Below, piece by piece: positions 16,791 through 26,787 of a stretch of DNA of 64,000 bases. The position numbers and the translations under genes were made by a program. The notes beneath the pieces were generated by a model. That model was not told where the DNA came from, searched no databases, and worked only from the letters and a program-made list of their open reading frames with translations. Each line of letters opens with the position of its first letter. Within the stretch, counting starts at the first letter, position 1. The DNA comes from an uncultured Bacillota bacterium (GTDB lineage: Bacteria; Bacillota; Clostridia; Acetivibrionales; DTU013), in NCBI GenBank assembly GCA_942493145.1, contig OW818679.1, positions 1,623,552 to 1,687,551 on the forward strand, read 5' to 3'.

Positions 16791-17993
16791 TCAAAAGAAA
16801 CGTTCGCGGTCAGCATATTCCAGTATCTGAAGAGAATGTATCAAATGGAGCATCTGTAAACCGTCATTGAGATCAAGACCCAGCAATTCTGCACATTTGC
16901 TCACCCTGTACGTCACAGTATTGCGGTGTATTGTCAATGCCTGTGATGTCTTTTGTACACTTCTGTTGTGTTTGATATAGTACAATAGGGTTTTCAACAT
17001 GCCTGTATTCTGGGGACGATCATCGTTTGCAAATCCAAGAAGACCTGGCATGACATACTGCAAGGGGTCTTCAGTTTCTGCATACTTGCGGATGAATACA
17101 TATTCAATATAATCATTGTACAAATACAAATTGCAGCTGCCGTTCACGCGGCGGCCGATATCAAGCGCAGCAAGAGCCTGCTGATAATAGGCGGAAAGTT
17201 GGTTGAGCATAGAAAAACAGGAGCTTATTCCACAAATAATCCTATAGCTGTGCAAAGTTGCTTCCATTGTGTCCATCTCTTCACTGCTGATGGGTTGTTT
17301 GCGGGATAGCAGGATGATTACACAGGATCGGTACCTGATCATAAGGTCATTGGGACCGCAAAGTCCCAGTAGAAAGTCTGCACTGCTATTCTCAATGTCC
17401 TTTAATATATCGGTACACATGACATATAGATGATTGGCCAGATTCCAACCCAATAATTGTGATTTCAACTGTGCTTCCACCGGTGTAAGGGGATTTCCGT
17501 CAAGAAGATACTGCAGCAGGTATTCTGTAGCGTTGCCCCGCAGCGGATTAAGTGAAAGGTGGCTATAAACTGCAGCTGACAGTGGATAGCTCATTAGCTC
17601 CAGAATTTGGGCATCCTGCTCTGTAAAAGGCCTATAATAGGCAACGGCATTGATTTGACCGACCATAGTGCCGTTCACTCTTAAAACTTTGGAAAGCATG
17701 TTTAATCCGTTGAATTGGGATTTTACAGGCTCCTCATGGTTCAGCAGTTCTCTTATATCCCTCCTCCATGTAAGGTCTTCAGTTAGATTCGGAGTTGGAT
17801 AACGATTACTGGACATATAGCTATACATGGGATCATTTACCTCAGCATTGCTGCTGGCTAAAACCTTTAAATTCATATCAAAAATCAATACGGGATTTTC
17901 TATCAATTTAAGTGCGCAATCAGCATATTCCTGAAAATTGCGACACCTCTTTAAAGATTCAAGAAGACTTTTCAGATCAGTTTCCATACTCAT
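16791..17993 (-). CDS. PucR/CdaR-family transcriptional regulator
   Basis: The C-terminal HTH SVQKTSQALTIHRNTVTYRVSKCAELLGLDL is typical of PucR_C. The start is uncertain among the ATGs at 17993 and 17987 and the track TTG at 18023. Confidence 0.75.
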   Translation of the reverse strand: MSMETDLKSLLESLKRCRNFQEYADCALKLIENPVLIFDMNLKVLASSNAEVNDPMYSYMSSNRYPTPNLTEDLTWRRDIRELLNHEEPVKSQFNGLNMLSKVLRVNGTMVGQINAVAYYRPFTEQDAQILELMSYPLSAAVYSHLSLNPLRGNATEYLLQYLLDGNPLTPVEAQLKSQLLGWNLANHLYVMCTDILKDIENSSADFLLGLCGPNDLMIRYRSCVIILLSRKQPISSEEMDTMEATLHSYRIICGISSCFSMLNQLSAYYQQALAALDIGRRVNGSCNLYLYNDYIEYVFIRKYAETEDPLQYVMPGLLGFANDDRPQNTGMLKTLLYYIKHNRSVQKTSQALTIHRNTVTYRVSKCAELLGLDLNDGLQMLHLIHSLQILEYADRERFF

Positions 17994-18177
17994 ACCCCGT
18001 GTCAAAATTGAGATAAAGTTCAAATCAAGAACAGTATATAACGATAATCACAGCAAGTAAATATGGAATTGTGCTGTAACACAATGAATTCAAAAAAAAT
18101 TCAGGTTATATCCCAGTGTTTTGGTTCATCGTGCACATTATAATATAGATATAATAATACGAAAGCAGGTGAAATAA

Positions 18178-19071
18178 TTGCCAAGTTATGAATTTCTCCA
18201 TCGTCCCGGTAGCATATGGGAGCAGTACAAGTTCTACGAAAAGCCGCCGGAAATAATACGCAAGGAGATGGAGTCGCAGTTACTTACTTCATTCAATCCT
18301 CCCGATGGTGTACGTTGGGAACCCGGAGAATGTGGTGGTATTAGCGGGAAGTGGATCTTTCCGTCTGAAAAGTCGGACAAGGTATTGCTATATATCCATG
18401 GCGGCGGCTTTACACTGGGAAGCTCCGGAATACCTCTACCCTTTCTATGCCAATTATCACATCGTTTAAAGCTGAATTGTTTTTCTGTAGAATATGCTTT
18501 AGCGCCTGAACAGGTCTTTCCGGCAGGTGTGAATGATTGTATCGCAGCGTATGAAGGATTGCTGGATGCAGGATATGAACCGGAACAGATTGCCGTAGCT
18601 GGTGAATCTGCAGGCGGAACATTGTGTTTGTCCTTGGTCCATCATTTAAAAGCTGCCGGGCGTCCCTTGCCCAAAGCCGTTTTATCAATGTCACCCGTTG
18701 TAGATGCTGCACCCGTCAATTCCGAGTCTAGTCAACCTGGAAAGGTCCTGGAGGGACTTCCCGGAGTAGAGGAAGTAATGAAAATTTATGCCCCTGGAGC
18801 AGATTTGAAGGATCCACGTATTTCACCCATATACGGGGACTTTTCGGGTTTCCCGCCATTGTTTCTTATTGCAGGCGGAGCCGAAATGCTTTGCAGTGAG
18901 AGCCTGGCTCTTGCCAAAGTAAGTGCAGAGGCAGGAGGTGATGTGAAATTATTGATCGGGCGGGATATGATTCATACATATCCGTTGGATTTTAACGACT
19001 ATCCTGAAGCAGCAGAGGCATTTGACGAAATAGTATTGTTCATTGACCGGAAACTGGTTAAGGCAATATAA
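18178..19071 (+). CDS. Alpha/beta hydrolase, hormone-sensitive-lipase-type esterase
   Basis: Oxyanion motif YIHGGGFTLGS and nucleophile elbow GESAGG are present. TTG start with RBS aggtga. Confidence 0.8.
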   Translation: MPSYEFLHRPGSIWEQYKFYEKPPEIIRKEMESQLLTSFNPPDGVRWEPGECGGISGKWIFPSEKSDKVLLYIHGGGFTLGSSGIPLPFLCQLSHRLKLNCFSVEYALAPEQVFPAGVNDCIAAYEGLLDAGYEPEQIAVAGESAGGTLCLSLVHHLKAAGRPLPKAVLSMSPVVDAAPVNSESSQPGKVLEGLPGVEEVMKIYAPGADLKDPRISPIYGDFSGFPPLFLIAGGAEMLCSESLALAKVSAEAGGDVKLLIGRDMIHTYPLDFNDYPEAAEAFDEIVLFIDRKLVKAI

Positions 19072-19377
19072 AAGGCTATTGCATTGTAATAGAATAATGA
19101 ATGGATTTTATTTAAGAATGAGGAGGTACACATAACGGCAGAGGAGCCTTTGATCTTATCTGCCGCATTACCTGCACCATCGGTAGAATTAATCGTGATA
19201 AAGTCTGAATGAGCATAGCTCTGATAAATTGTTTTAGTTTCGTTAAAAAGTATGTATTCTGCATCTGGAATACGCCTGTGTAACCGGGATGAGCTTTATC
19301 ACAACGGATACCAAAGTTACGATAATTAACAATATTTTAATTGACACCCTTGTGCAAACTATAATACAATAAAAATG

Positions 19378-19507
19378 TTAAGAGGGAGTAGTTATAAATT
19401 ACAAAGTCAACATACTGGTGTTAACTGCATCTGGCTTTGTTACCTAAAAGGTTAACGAGACTTTTAACATAATCCGTTTATCGGGGTTATGTTATGAGTC
19501 TTTTTTT
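19378..19507 (+). promoter_or_regulatory. yybP-ykoY (Mn2+) riboswitch with intrinsic terminator expression platform
   Basis: Conserved elements are AGAGGGAGUAG, AAAGUCAACAUACUGG and GGUUAACGAGAC. The terminator stem GAGACUUUUAACAUAA/UUAUGUUAUGAGUC plus a U7 run re-uses the GAGAC. A possible promoter is TTGACA (19341) -18- TACAAT (19365). Confidence 0.75.
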
Positions 19508-19554
19508 ATACTCATATACATGCCACAAACAAAAGATTTGAAAGGATTGGAAAA

Positions 19555-20313
19555 ATGTATCAAACTCTGACTGTATTTCTTATTTCTGCAGGAGCCGTTA
19601 CTTTAGCTGAGATGGGCGACAAGACTCAGCTCCTTGCTATGGCATTTGCTACCAGGTACAAGGCATCAAAAGTTCTAATCGGAGTATTTTTAGCAACGGT
19701 TCTTAATCATGCATTTGCGGTTGCGTTAGGTAATTTCGTAACTCGCTATCAAGCAATTGATTTATGGGTACAAATTATTGCATCTCTATCATTTATATTT
19801 TTTGGTTTATGGACCATTCGTGGTGACAAACTTGAGGGAGAAGAAAACCGCAAGACACGATTTGGTGCTGTTATGACAGTCGCCATAGCGTTTTTCATTG
19901 CTGAACTTGGGGACAAGACACAGTTAACTACTATTGCACTTGCCGCAAAATTTCCTGAAAATCCTGTTGGGATTTTGATGGGAACAACTACTGGTATGCT
20001 AATTGCAGATGCTATTGGAATAATTGTTGGTGTTGTAATGTGTAAGAAAATACCTGAAAGGACTATTAAACTTGTATCAGCAGGTGCATTCATATTCTTT
20101 GGCTTGCTTGGCAGTTATCAAGTTGCAGATAACAAACTTAATTTGAACCATGGACTTATTGCTGCAATCCTGGTTTTGATTGCAGTTTTAACTGGTTTGG
20201 CAGCATGGCAGCTTATTAAGAAGAGAAGTAAAGAAGAAACGAATAATCCTGTAGTTGCTGAATATTGTGTAGTTAAACCGTTAACTGAAAATTCAAACGG
20301 CGAATTAGGATAG
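19555..20313 (+). CDS. TMEM165/GDT1 (UPF0016) family cation (Mn2+/Ca2+) transporter
   Basis: The signature E-x-G-D-K-T motif occurs twice (AEMGDKTQ and AELGDKTQ) in a polytopic membrane protein. It lies directly downstream of the Mn riboswitch. Confidence 0.85.
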   Translation: MYQTLTVFLISAGAVTLAEMGDKTQLLAMAFATRYKASKVLIGVFLATVLNHAFAVALGNFVTRYQAIDLWVQIIASLSFIFFGLWTIRGDKLEGEENRKTRFGAVMTVAIAFFIAELGDKTQLTTIALAAKFPENPVGILMGTTTGMLIADAIGIIVGVVMCKKIPERTIKLVSAGAFIFFGLLGSYQVADNKLNLNHGLIAAILVLIAVLTGLAAWQLIKKRSKEETNNPVVAEYCVVKPLTENSNGELG

Positions 20314-20346
20314 TAGATACTATGTAATTTTGTAGTAGTATTATAC

Positions 20347-20388
20347 AAAAAACAGTGCCGATTTTTCAAAAGATCGGCACTGTTTTTT
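20347..20388. terminator. Bidirectional Rho-independent terminator
   Basis: aaaaaacagtgccgat / atcggcactgtttttt forms a 16-bp stem flanked by A and T runs. It sits between the convergent transporter and MCP genes. Confidence 0.8.
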
Positions 20389-20461
20389 ACTATTTAATAA
20401 GAAAGCAGGACATATCTGCTATATTGCATCTAGTAATCCTTGCTTCTTATTTGATATATGG

Positions 20462-22234
20462 TCACAGTTTAAATTCATCAGCCAGCCTGATCAACGACTC
20501 CGAACTTTCCATGGATCCCTTCGAGAGCCTGGATACCTCATTGGCTTTTTCTACGACCGACGATATTTTTTCAGCTATGTTTGCTGTGCCCGCCGAACCT
20601 TCATTGGCAGCGGCTGCAACTTCGGCTATAGCCTTGAGCATATTCTGTATGGAAGCCATCAGCTGCCGGGTGGTTGCACTGAAATCACTCACCAGGTCAT
20701 TTACATAATCGGCGTCGTTGCTGTAATTTTCACCTATCCTTACCATAGTCTCATAATCTTTTATAACCTGCTTGTCTATGAATTCAAGAACATTTCCCGA
20801 ATGGCTTGAAAGCTGTTGTACCGCAGATATGACAGAATTTGTGACTGTCTGGATCTCCGATACCGCTTTGCCGGATTCCTCGGAAAGCTTTCTGATCTCG
20901 TCGGCCACTACAGCGAAGCCTTTCCCGGCATCGCCTGCCCTTGCCGCCTCTATTGCAGCGTTAAGTGCCAGCAGGTTGGTTTGTTCAGCTATGGAGAGGA
21001 TTGCATCAGTAAGTTCACTGATCCTTCCGACTGCATTTGAATTTTCAATTGCTTTTGTAAGGTTGACGCTGCTTTTCTTGTAAACCTCGATTGCGCTGTT
21101 GCGGGAATCTATGGCATTTGTCCTGAGCTCCGACGCCCTTGTATGTATTTCGGACGCCTTGCCGGACCCTTCCTGTGCCTTAGCGGCTATGGTACCGATT
21201 GCGGATTCGATCTCCGTTGAAGCAGCAGTCATCTCCTGGGTGGAGGCAGCAGTTTCCTCCATACCTGCGGAGAGCTCTTCAGTTGTGGCGGACACGTCTT
21301 CCACCTCTTCAAGAAGTTCAATTATGTTAGTGTCGGACTGGCCGATAAGACCTCCGACCTTGCCTGCTGCTTCGATAGTGCTGCTTATAAGGCCTCTGAG
21401 ACTGACCACCATATTATCAAGGGAGCGCATGAGGTCTCCGATTTCATCATTGCTCTTGTCCTTTTTTGAAATTTCAACGGTCAGGTTGCCGTTGGCTACG
21501 GAATTCAGTGATATTACAGCTTTCTTGAGCGGACGTGTTATACTCAGCATTATTAAGATGCAAAGTATAAGAAGGATTATAAATGAGATTATACAAACTA
21601 TCACAAGAATCATATTATTTTGATCGCTTTGCCTGAGGTAATCCTCATTGCCCCTGACGGCCGATTCCTTCAAGGATGTGCTGAGGCTGTCAAAATTGAC
21701 CTTGAGCTCCACCAGCTGCGCCTTCATTTCCTTATTGACCGTACCCAGGTCCGAGAACTTGAAATCCGCAGCCAGAGCAGGGAGGACCTGATACTCGAAA
21801 AGTGAAATCAGGTTTTCCATTCCGAGTTTTATCATAAGTGCTGTTGCTTCCTCATTTTCGGAAAGCTCCATTGAAAGAAGCTTGTCTTCCGTTTTGTATA
21901 TGTTTGACTTTAAGCTTTCCCAGTTGGCTTGGTCAACCATGCCGTCAAGTATTGAGTTGGCTAAAAGCTTGTAAATCTGATCTGTATAATTGGAGAGCTC
22001 AACAGCGCTGAGGGAGAGTTCAGCCCTGCTATTGCTGTCAGTGTGAAGCTTTACCATTTTTTTAATGGTTACAAATGAGATCGTGGATATGATAAGTACG
22101 ACAACGAGGGATACAGCCAGCATTAAGATCAGTCTTGCCTTGATGGTTGCCCTGAAGACCGGTCTTACAATTTTTGTGCCTTTTTCGGATTTTCCGGCAA
22201 ACTTAGTTTTTGCGGTTTTTTCGTTTAACATCAT
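20462..22234 (-). CDS. Methyl-accepting chemotaxis protein
   Basis: TM helix, ligand-binding region, second TM, HAMP domain, then the conserved signalling domain ([36 protein letters not shown]). I prefer the ATG at 22234 (RBS gagaggaag) to the track start 22279. Confidence 0.9.
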   Translation of the reverse strand: MMLNEKTAKTKFAGKSEKGTKIVRPVFRATIKARLILMLAVSLVVVLIISTISFVTIKKMVKLHTDSNSRAELSLSAVELSNYTDQIYKLLANSILDGMVDQANWESLKSNIYKTEDKLLSMELSENEEATALMIKLGMENLISLFEYQVLPALAADFKFSDLGTVNKEMKAQLVELKVNFDSLSTSLKESAVRGNEDYLRQSDQNNMILVIVCIISFIILLILCILIMLSITRPLKKAVISLNSVANGNLTVEISKKDKSNDEIGDLMRSLDNMVVSLRGLISSTIEAAGKVGGLIGQSDTNIIELLEEVEDVSATTEELSAGMEETAASTQEMTAASTEIESAIGTIAAKAQEGSGKASEIHTRASELRTNAIDSRNSAIEVYKKSSVNLTKAIENSNAVGRISELTDAILSIAEQTNLLALNAAIEAARAGDAGKGFAVVADEIRKLSEESGKAVSEIQTVTNSVISAVQQLSSHSGNVLEFIDKQVIKDYETMVRIGENYSNDADYVNDLVSDFSATTRQLMASIQNMLKAIAEVAAAANEGSAGTANIAEKISSVVEKANEVSRLSKGSMESSESLIRLADEFKL

Positions 22235-22263
22235 TAAACTTCCTCTCATGTAGTTTAAATTCA

Positions 22264-22303
22264 AATCTACAATCTGCAATCTACAATCTGCAATCTACAA
22301 GCA
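22264..22303. repeat. Heptamer/14-mer microsatellite (caatcta caatctg) x ~2.5
   Basis: aaatcta caatctg caatcta caatctg caatcta caagcaa, located immediately upstream of the preferred MCP start codon. Confidence 0.85.
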
Positions 22304-22606
22304 ATGTGTTTTTCTATCAGAATATTTAAGTTTATTATTTAATTCGACAATTAATATAAAATTCCTGCCCCTTAAATGAAAAACTAACTTTTGGGGCTCT
22401 GTTGTAAAAAAATATTTACTATTAATACAATTGGCATAATTTGCAGAACTGTTCTTTATAAGAATGGGTTTAGAGTGAAGGGTGAAGGGAATATATTACA
22501 AAGGAATTTTAAAAACTAGTATAGAATAATATCACTGATAATGTTATCTTTTGGCATACTAAACTACCATCATAATTCAATGGATCGTAGAATTTAAGGA
22601 GTAAAC

Positions 22607-24991
22607 ATGATAAATAAAACAAAATATGATATACATATCAATTTAATATCAAAAGTTTGTGTATGTCTTGTTGTCTTAATTTGTATAACCAGTCTATATT
22701 CTTACTTGATAAATCAAATAAGTGTCGCCAATTTTGGAGGAATATCTATTCCTATGGCTCCAAGTACAGCAATTTTCTTTATAATAATTACTATAGATAT
22801 AATTTTAAATTCTAAAATAAAAAGATTTGCAAGATTTGTTGAAAAGGTAGTTTTAATATCAATCAGTGTAGTTTCAATGTTAATTGTTTTGGAAAGAATA
22901 TTTGGATTTAATTATGGAATTGAACATGTTTTTCCGAATAATAATGCCATGTATTTGGGAACTCAATTGTGGAAAATGTCTCCAATAACAGGTGTCTGTT
23001 TTGTTTTAATTGTAGTGTCTCTTCAATTAAAGCTATTTTTTGTAAATAGTGAAACTGCAGATAAGATATTTACAATAAGTCAATTAATAGTCGGAGCTAT
23101 TGCTGCAACTATAATTATTGGATATGGATATAAAACTCCTTTTTTATATGGGGGTACTATAATTCCGGTGGCATTATCTTCTGGAATTTGTTTTTTCCTT
23201 CTTACTATTGCAGTTACAGCTTCATTCGGTAACAACACCAGAATTATTAAAGCATTTAATGGCACTACTATTACTTCAAATCTCATTCGCACAATTTTAC
23301 CAATTACAGTGATTGGAGTAATTGGGATGGGTTTGATAGAGATTGTTTTTACTAATTTTAAGTTTTTTAATCAGGCTATATTTTTAGCTACTTCACTGAT
23401 TGCAATTATTATTATACTTAATGGAACTATTATATTTGCAGTCAGAAAAATTGGCTCAGTGATAGATTCTGAGATAAAAAAGCGTTTAATAAGTGAACAG
23501 GAACTAAAGGATTCAAATTGTAACCTTGAGGAAGTCAATTCACAGTTAGAAGAAGAAATTGCTGAACGCATAAAAGTTGAAGATGAACTTGCATATAAGA
23601 CGGCTGAACTGGAACGTTTTTTTAACATAAACCTGGATTTATTGTGTATAGCAGATTTGAATGGAAATTTTTTGAAGGTGAATAACGCATGGAGTGAAAT
23701 TCTTGGATATCCAAAGTCCGAATTGGAAAATAAAAATTTCCAGGATTTTGTTCATCCAGAAGATAAAGAGGCTACTCTTAATGCAATATCAAGATTAGGT
23801 AAGAACGAACAGGTTTTATATTTTGTTAACCGTTTTAAGTGTATAGACAATACATACAGATATATTGAATGGTGCTCCCAGCCATATGGAAATCTAATTT
23901 ATGCAGCAGCAAGGGATATTACGGAGCGTAAGAGAGCAGAAGAAGAGATAATTTATTTAAGTTATCATGACAAATTAACAGGTCTTTATAATAGAAGATT
24001 TTATGAAGAAGAGTTAAAAAGACTTGATATAGAAAGAAACTTACCAATAACATTGGTTATGGGAGATGTCAATGGATTAAAGCTTATTAATGATTCATTT
24101 GGACATGTTATGGGCGATGATCTACTTAAAAAAATAGCAGAAGTAATAAAGAAGGGGTGTAGAGCTGATGATATCATTGCCAGATTAGGAGGGGATGAAT
24201 TTGTCATTATATTACCGAAAACGGATGTGTTTGAAGCGGAAAAAATCATTAAACGTATTAAAAATCTGGCATTAACAGAAAAAGCAGGTACTTTTGATAT
24301 TTCTGTTTCATTTGGTTATAGTACTAAGAATAATAAAGAAGAGGAAATTCAGAAGATATTGAAAATTGCTGAGGATCATATGTATAGTCATAAGCTATAT
24401 GAAAGCTTGAGCATGAGGAGTAAAACAATAGACATAATTATGAATACTCTATACGAAAAAAGTAATAGAGAGATGTTACATTCAAAAAGGGTTAGTGAAA
24501 GTTGTGAAGCTATTGCAACCATGTTAAATTTCGATAAGGATGATATCAATCAAATTAAGATAGCTGGACTTATGCATGACATAGGGAAAATGGGTATTGA
24601 CGAGAAAATTCTTAATAAAGAACAAGGATTAAATAACGATGAATGGAATGAAATTAAGAGACACCCTGAAATAGGATATCGTATATTAAGCTCAGTAAAT
24701 GAATTTTCAGAAATTGCAGAATATGTTCTTGAACATCAGGAAAGATGGGATGGAAAAGGATATCCCAAAGGTCTGAAGGGAGAAGAGATTTCATTGCAAG
24801 CAAGGATTATTGCAGTTGCTGATGCATTTGATGCTATGACCAGTGAGAGAAGTTATCGTCGTGCGCTATCTGAAGAAGTTGCGATAAATGAATTGCAAAA
24901 AAATTCAGGGACTCAATTTGATCCGAACCTTGTCTGTGTATTTATTGAAAAAGTGTTAGGGAAAATCAGGTTGACTCACTTATTTAAGTGA
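22607..24991 (+). CDS. Membrane sensor protein with PAS, GGDEF and HD-GYP domains (c-di-GMP turnover)
   Basis: 794 aa. About 8 N-terminal TM helices are followed by a coiled coil, a PAS domain, GGDEF (RLGGDEFVIILP) and HD-GYP (HDIGK ... HQERWDGKGYPKGL). Confidence 0.9.
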   Translation: MINKTKYDIHINLISKVCVCLVVLICITSLYSYLINQISVANFGGISIPMAPSTAIFFIIITIDIILNSKIKRFARFVEKVVLISISVVSMLIVLERIFGFNYGIEHVFPNNNAMYLGTQLWKMSPITGVCFVLIVVSLQLKLFFVNSETADKIFTISQLIVGAIAATIIIGYGYKTPFLYGGTIIPVALSSGICFFLLTIAVTASFGNNTRIIKAFNGTTITSNLIRTILPITVIGVIGMGLIEIVFTNFKFFNQAIFLATSLIAIIIILNGTIIFAVRKIGSVIDSEIKKRLISEQELKDSNCNLEEVNSQLEEEIAERIKVEDELAYKTAELERFFNINLDLLCIADLNGNFLKVNNAWSEILGYPKSELENKNFQDFVHPEDKEATLNAISRLGKNEQVLYFVNRFKCIDNTYRYIEWCSQPYGNLIYAAARDITERKRAEEEIIYLSYHDKLTGLYNRRFYEEELKRLDIERNLPITLVMGDVNGLKLINDSFGHVMGDDLLKKIAEVIKKGCRADDIIARLGGDEFVIILPKTDVFEAEKIIKRIKNLALTEKAGTFDISVSFGYSTKNNKEEEIQKILKIAEDHMYSHKLYESLSMRSKTIDIIMNTLYEKSNREMLHSKRVSESCEAIATMLNFDKDDINQIKIAGLMHDIGKMGIDEKILNKEQGLNNDEWNEIKRHPEIGYRILSSVNEFSEIAEYVLEHQERWDGKGYPKGLKGEEISLQARIIAVADAFDAMTSERSYRRALSEEVAINELQKNSGTQFDPNLVCVFIEKVLGKIRLTHLFK

Positions 24992-25202
24992 GTATTCATC
25001 AGAAACGGAATTATATATTCGATGGAATTGGAAACCACATGACCGCAATTCGGGAGTAAACGTATTACGGCTGATGGTATAAGACGATAATGCATATTGA
25101 GTAAAAATTTTATTACATAAAGTATAAAATATTTGACATGATGAATAAAATATTATACTATATGTATAGATGACGTTATTTATTAAGAATAGGAGTGAAA
25201 AA

Positions 25203-25718
25203 ATGTATTATCAAGAGAAAAAAACAATCGCTTCAATTATAGCAGGTGTATTGATATTGGCGACATACAGTATTTTTGGGATTTCAAAGTATCTGGAAGT
25301 TGGAGAGAATCTGCTAAACAATTTGAGGTTCTGGGCGACTGCAATGTTGATTGCTATCGGTGGCGGTATAGTTGTTGCAATAATTATTCAAATCATCTTT
25401 CATATTATTCTTGCTGTAGCAAATGAGGTTGCAAAAGAGGTGGCAAAAAAGGCAAGTTGTGAAGGGAAAAATGAAACTTACGAAGAGCTTGAAATTGCTG
25501 AGTTTGAAGATGAAATGGATAAGCTGATTGCACTAAAAGCAATGAGAAATTCGTTTATTGTGGTTGGTGTAGGATTTGTTATTGCTCTCGTTTCATTATG
25601 TTTGAAAATGCCTCCAGCGATTATGCTTAACATCATTTTTATTTCATTTAGTTTGGGATCACTTTTTGAGGGTTTTTCACAGTTGTATTTTTACAGGAAA
25701 GGGGTTAAAAATGGCTAA
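25203..25718 (+). CDS. Membrane protein of unknown function (4 TM)
   Basis: 171 aa from the ATG at 25203 (RBS aggagtg). It overlaps the downstream HTH gene by 8 nt, a common membrane-protein/XRE pairing. Confidence 0.6.
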   Translation: MYYQEKKTIASIIAGVLILATYSIFGISKYLEVGENLLNNLRFWATAMLIAIGGGIVVAIIIQIIFHIILAVANEVAKEVAKKASCEGKNETYEELEIAEFEDEMDKLIALKAMRNSFIVVGVGFVIALVSLCLKMPPAIMLNIIFISFSLGSLFEGFSQLYFYRKGVKNG

Positions 25719-25953
25719 ACTCATGATTTCTAATAATATCAGAAAATTACGTTTCTATAATAATGAGATGACACAGCAGGAGTTGGCTAAAAAAACCGGT
25801 GTTACAAGGCAGACGATTGTGGCAATTGAGAATGGTAAGTATTCTCCAACTTTAGAACTTGCATTCCGTATTGCCGATGTGTTTAAAACAAAGCTCGAAG
25901 AGGTCTTCTCTCATGAAATCATTGAAGGTAAGAGCATAAAGGAGGATGAATAA
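25711..25953 (+). CDS. XRE-family helix-turn-helix transcriptional regulator (short, YozG-like)
   Basis: MTQQELAKKTGVTRQTIVAIENGKYSPTLELAFRIADVF. RBS aaagggg precedes the ATG at 25711. Confidence 0.85.
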   Translation: MAKLMISNNIRKLRFYNNEMTQQELAKKTGVTRQTIVAIENGKYSPTLELAFRIADVFKTKLEEVFSHEIIEGKSIKEDE

Positions 25954-25996
25954 AAATGACAAATAACATTCTATCTGATTGAAGTGAAGCAGGATA

Positions 25997-26323
25997 TTGC
26001 CTTTATTAGCACCAAAGGGCGTTTATGTTATGATCGGTGGAGGATTATCACAGGTTTACAAATCCTTGCTGTTTGGAGCATTTCTGTCAATTGGCAACAA
26101 AAAGATGCGTTCCCTGGCGGCAAAGCCAAATAGAAAGGATCTGGAATTTATTATTGGACTTGTTGCAGAAGGCAAATTGAAGCCCGTTATTGACAGGCGT
26201 TATCCGCTTCATGAAACCACTGAAGCTGTGCGGTATCTGAGTGGTGGTCATGCTCTGGGGAAAGTTATTGTAGAGGTTGCATCAGCCCCGGTGGCAGACC
26301 AGACAGTACCGGAGATACAATAA
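25997..26323 (+). pseudogene. 3' remnant of a zinc-type alcohol dehydrogenase / quinone oxidoreductase (MDR) gene
   Basis: Only the last ~105 residues are present (GKLKPVIDRRYPLHETTEAVRYLSGGHALGKVIVEV). The catalytic and most of the Rossmann domain are missing and there is no RBS. Confidence 0.65.
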
Positions 26324-26339
26324 GGAGACAAGATAAGTT

Positions 26340-26744
26340 ATGGATAAACTGACAAACATACTTATTATGGTGGGGAGTATCGTTTCAACCGGGTTTGGAC
26401 TGTGGCACTTATTTGTTCCCAAAGTATGGAGGTGGTATTCATATATTGATATCAACGCAAAAGAGTTGATACTTGCTGTTAGGGCAATTAATGTGTTTTT
26501 TTCCATGTCGCTTATTTTGTTCGGAGTAGTAAACATGCTTCTTGCCTATGGCAATAAATCAAATAAATACTCCATAATGGTTGTTCTGAGTGCAACATGT
26601 ATTTTATGGCTGATAAGATTAGTCTTTCAGATTATTTATCCGCAGGGAACAATCAATCCTTTTCTGCAATATGGCATGCTGGCAGCATTTATTGGGGTAT
26701 TTCTGTGTTACTTAATTTCGCTTTGCATGATGGTTGCTAAATAG
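26340..26744 (+). CDS. Small integral membrane protein, unknown function
   Basis: 134 aa with four hydrophobic helices. Confidence 0.5.
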   Translation: MDKLTNILIMVGSIVSTGFGLWHLFVPKVWRWYSYIDINAKELILAVRAINVFFSMSLILFGVVNMLLAYGNKSNKYSIMVVLSATCILWLIRLVFQIIYPQGTINPFLQYGMLAAFIGVFLCYLISLCMMVAK

Positions 26745-26787
26745 CTTTCTGTTTGTACAGCAATTACAGATCATGGGGTGCTGAACT

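Noticed and set aside
19090-19330. Start-less minus-strand frame reading ...IPDAEYILFNETKTIYQSYAHSDFITINSTDGAGNAADKIKG... downstream of the esterase gene
   Set aside because: It has no start codon and no RBS, I recognise no family, and it runs into the esterase 3' end. This is insufficient to call it a gene or pseudogene.
22264-22303. Possible CRISPR or other array from the repeated caatcta/caatctg units
   Set aside because: The units are 7 nt and contiguous, with no spacers, and there are no cas genes. It is a microsatellite, not a CRISPR array.
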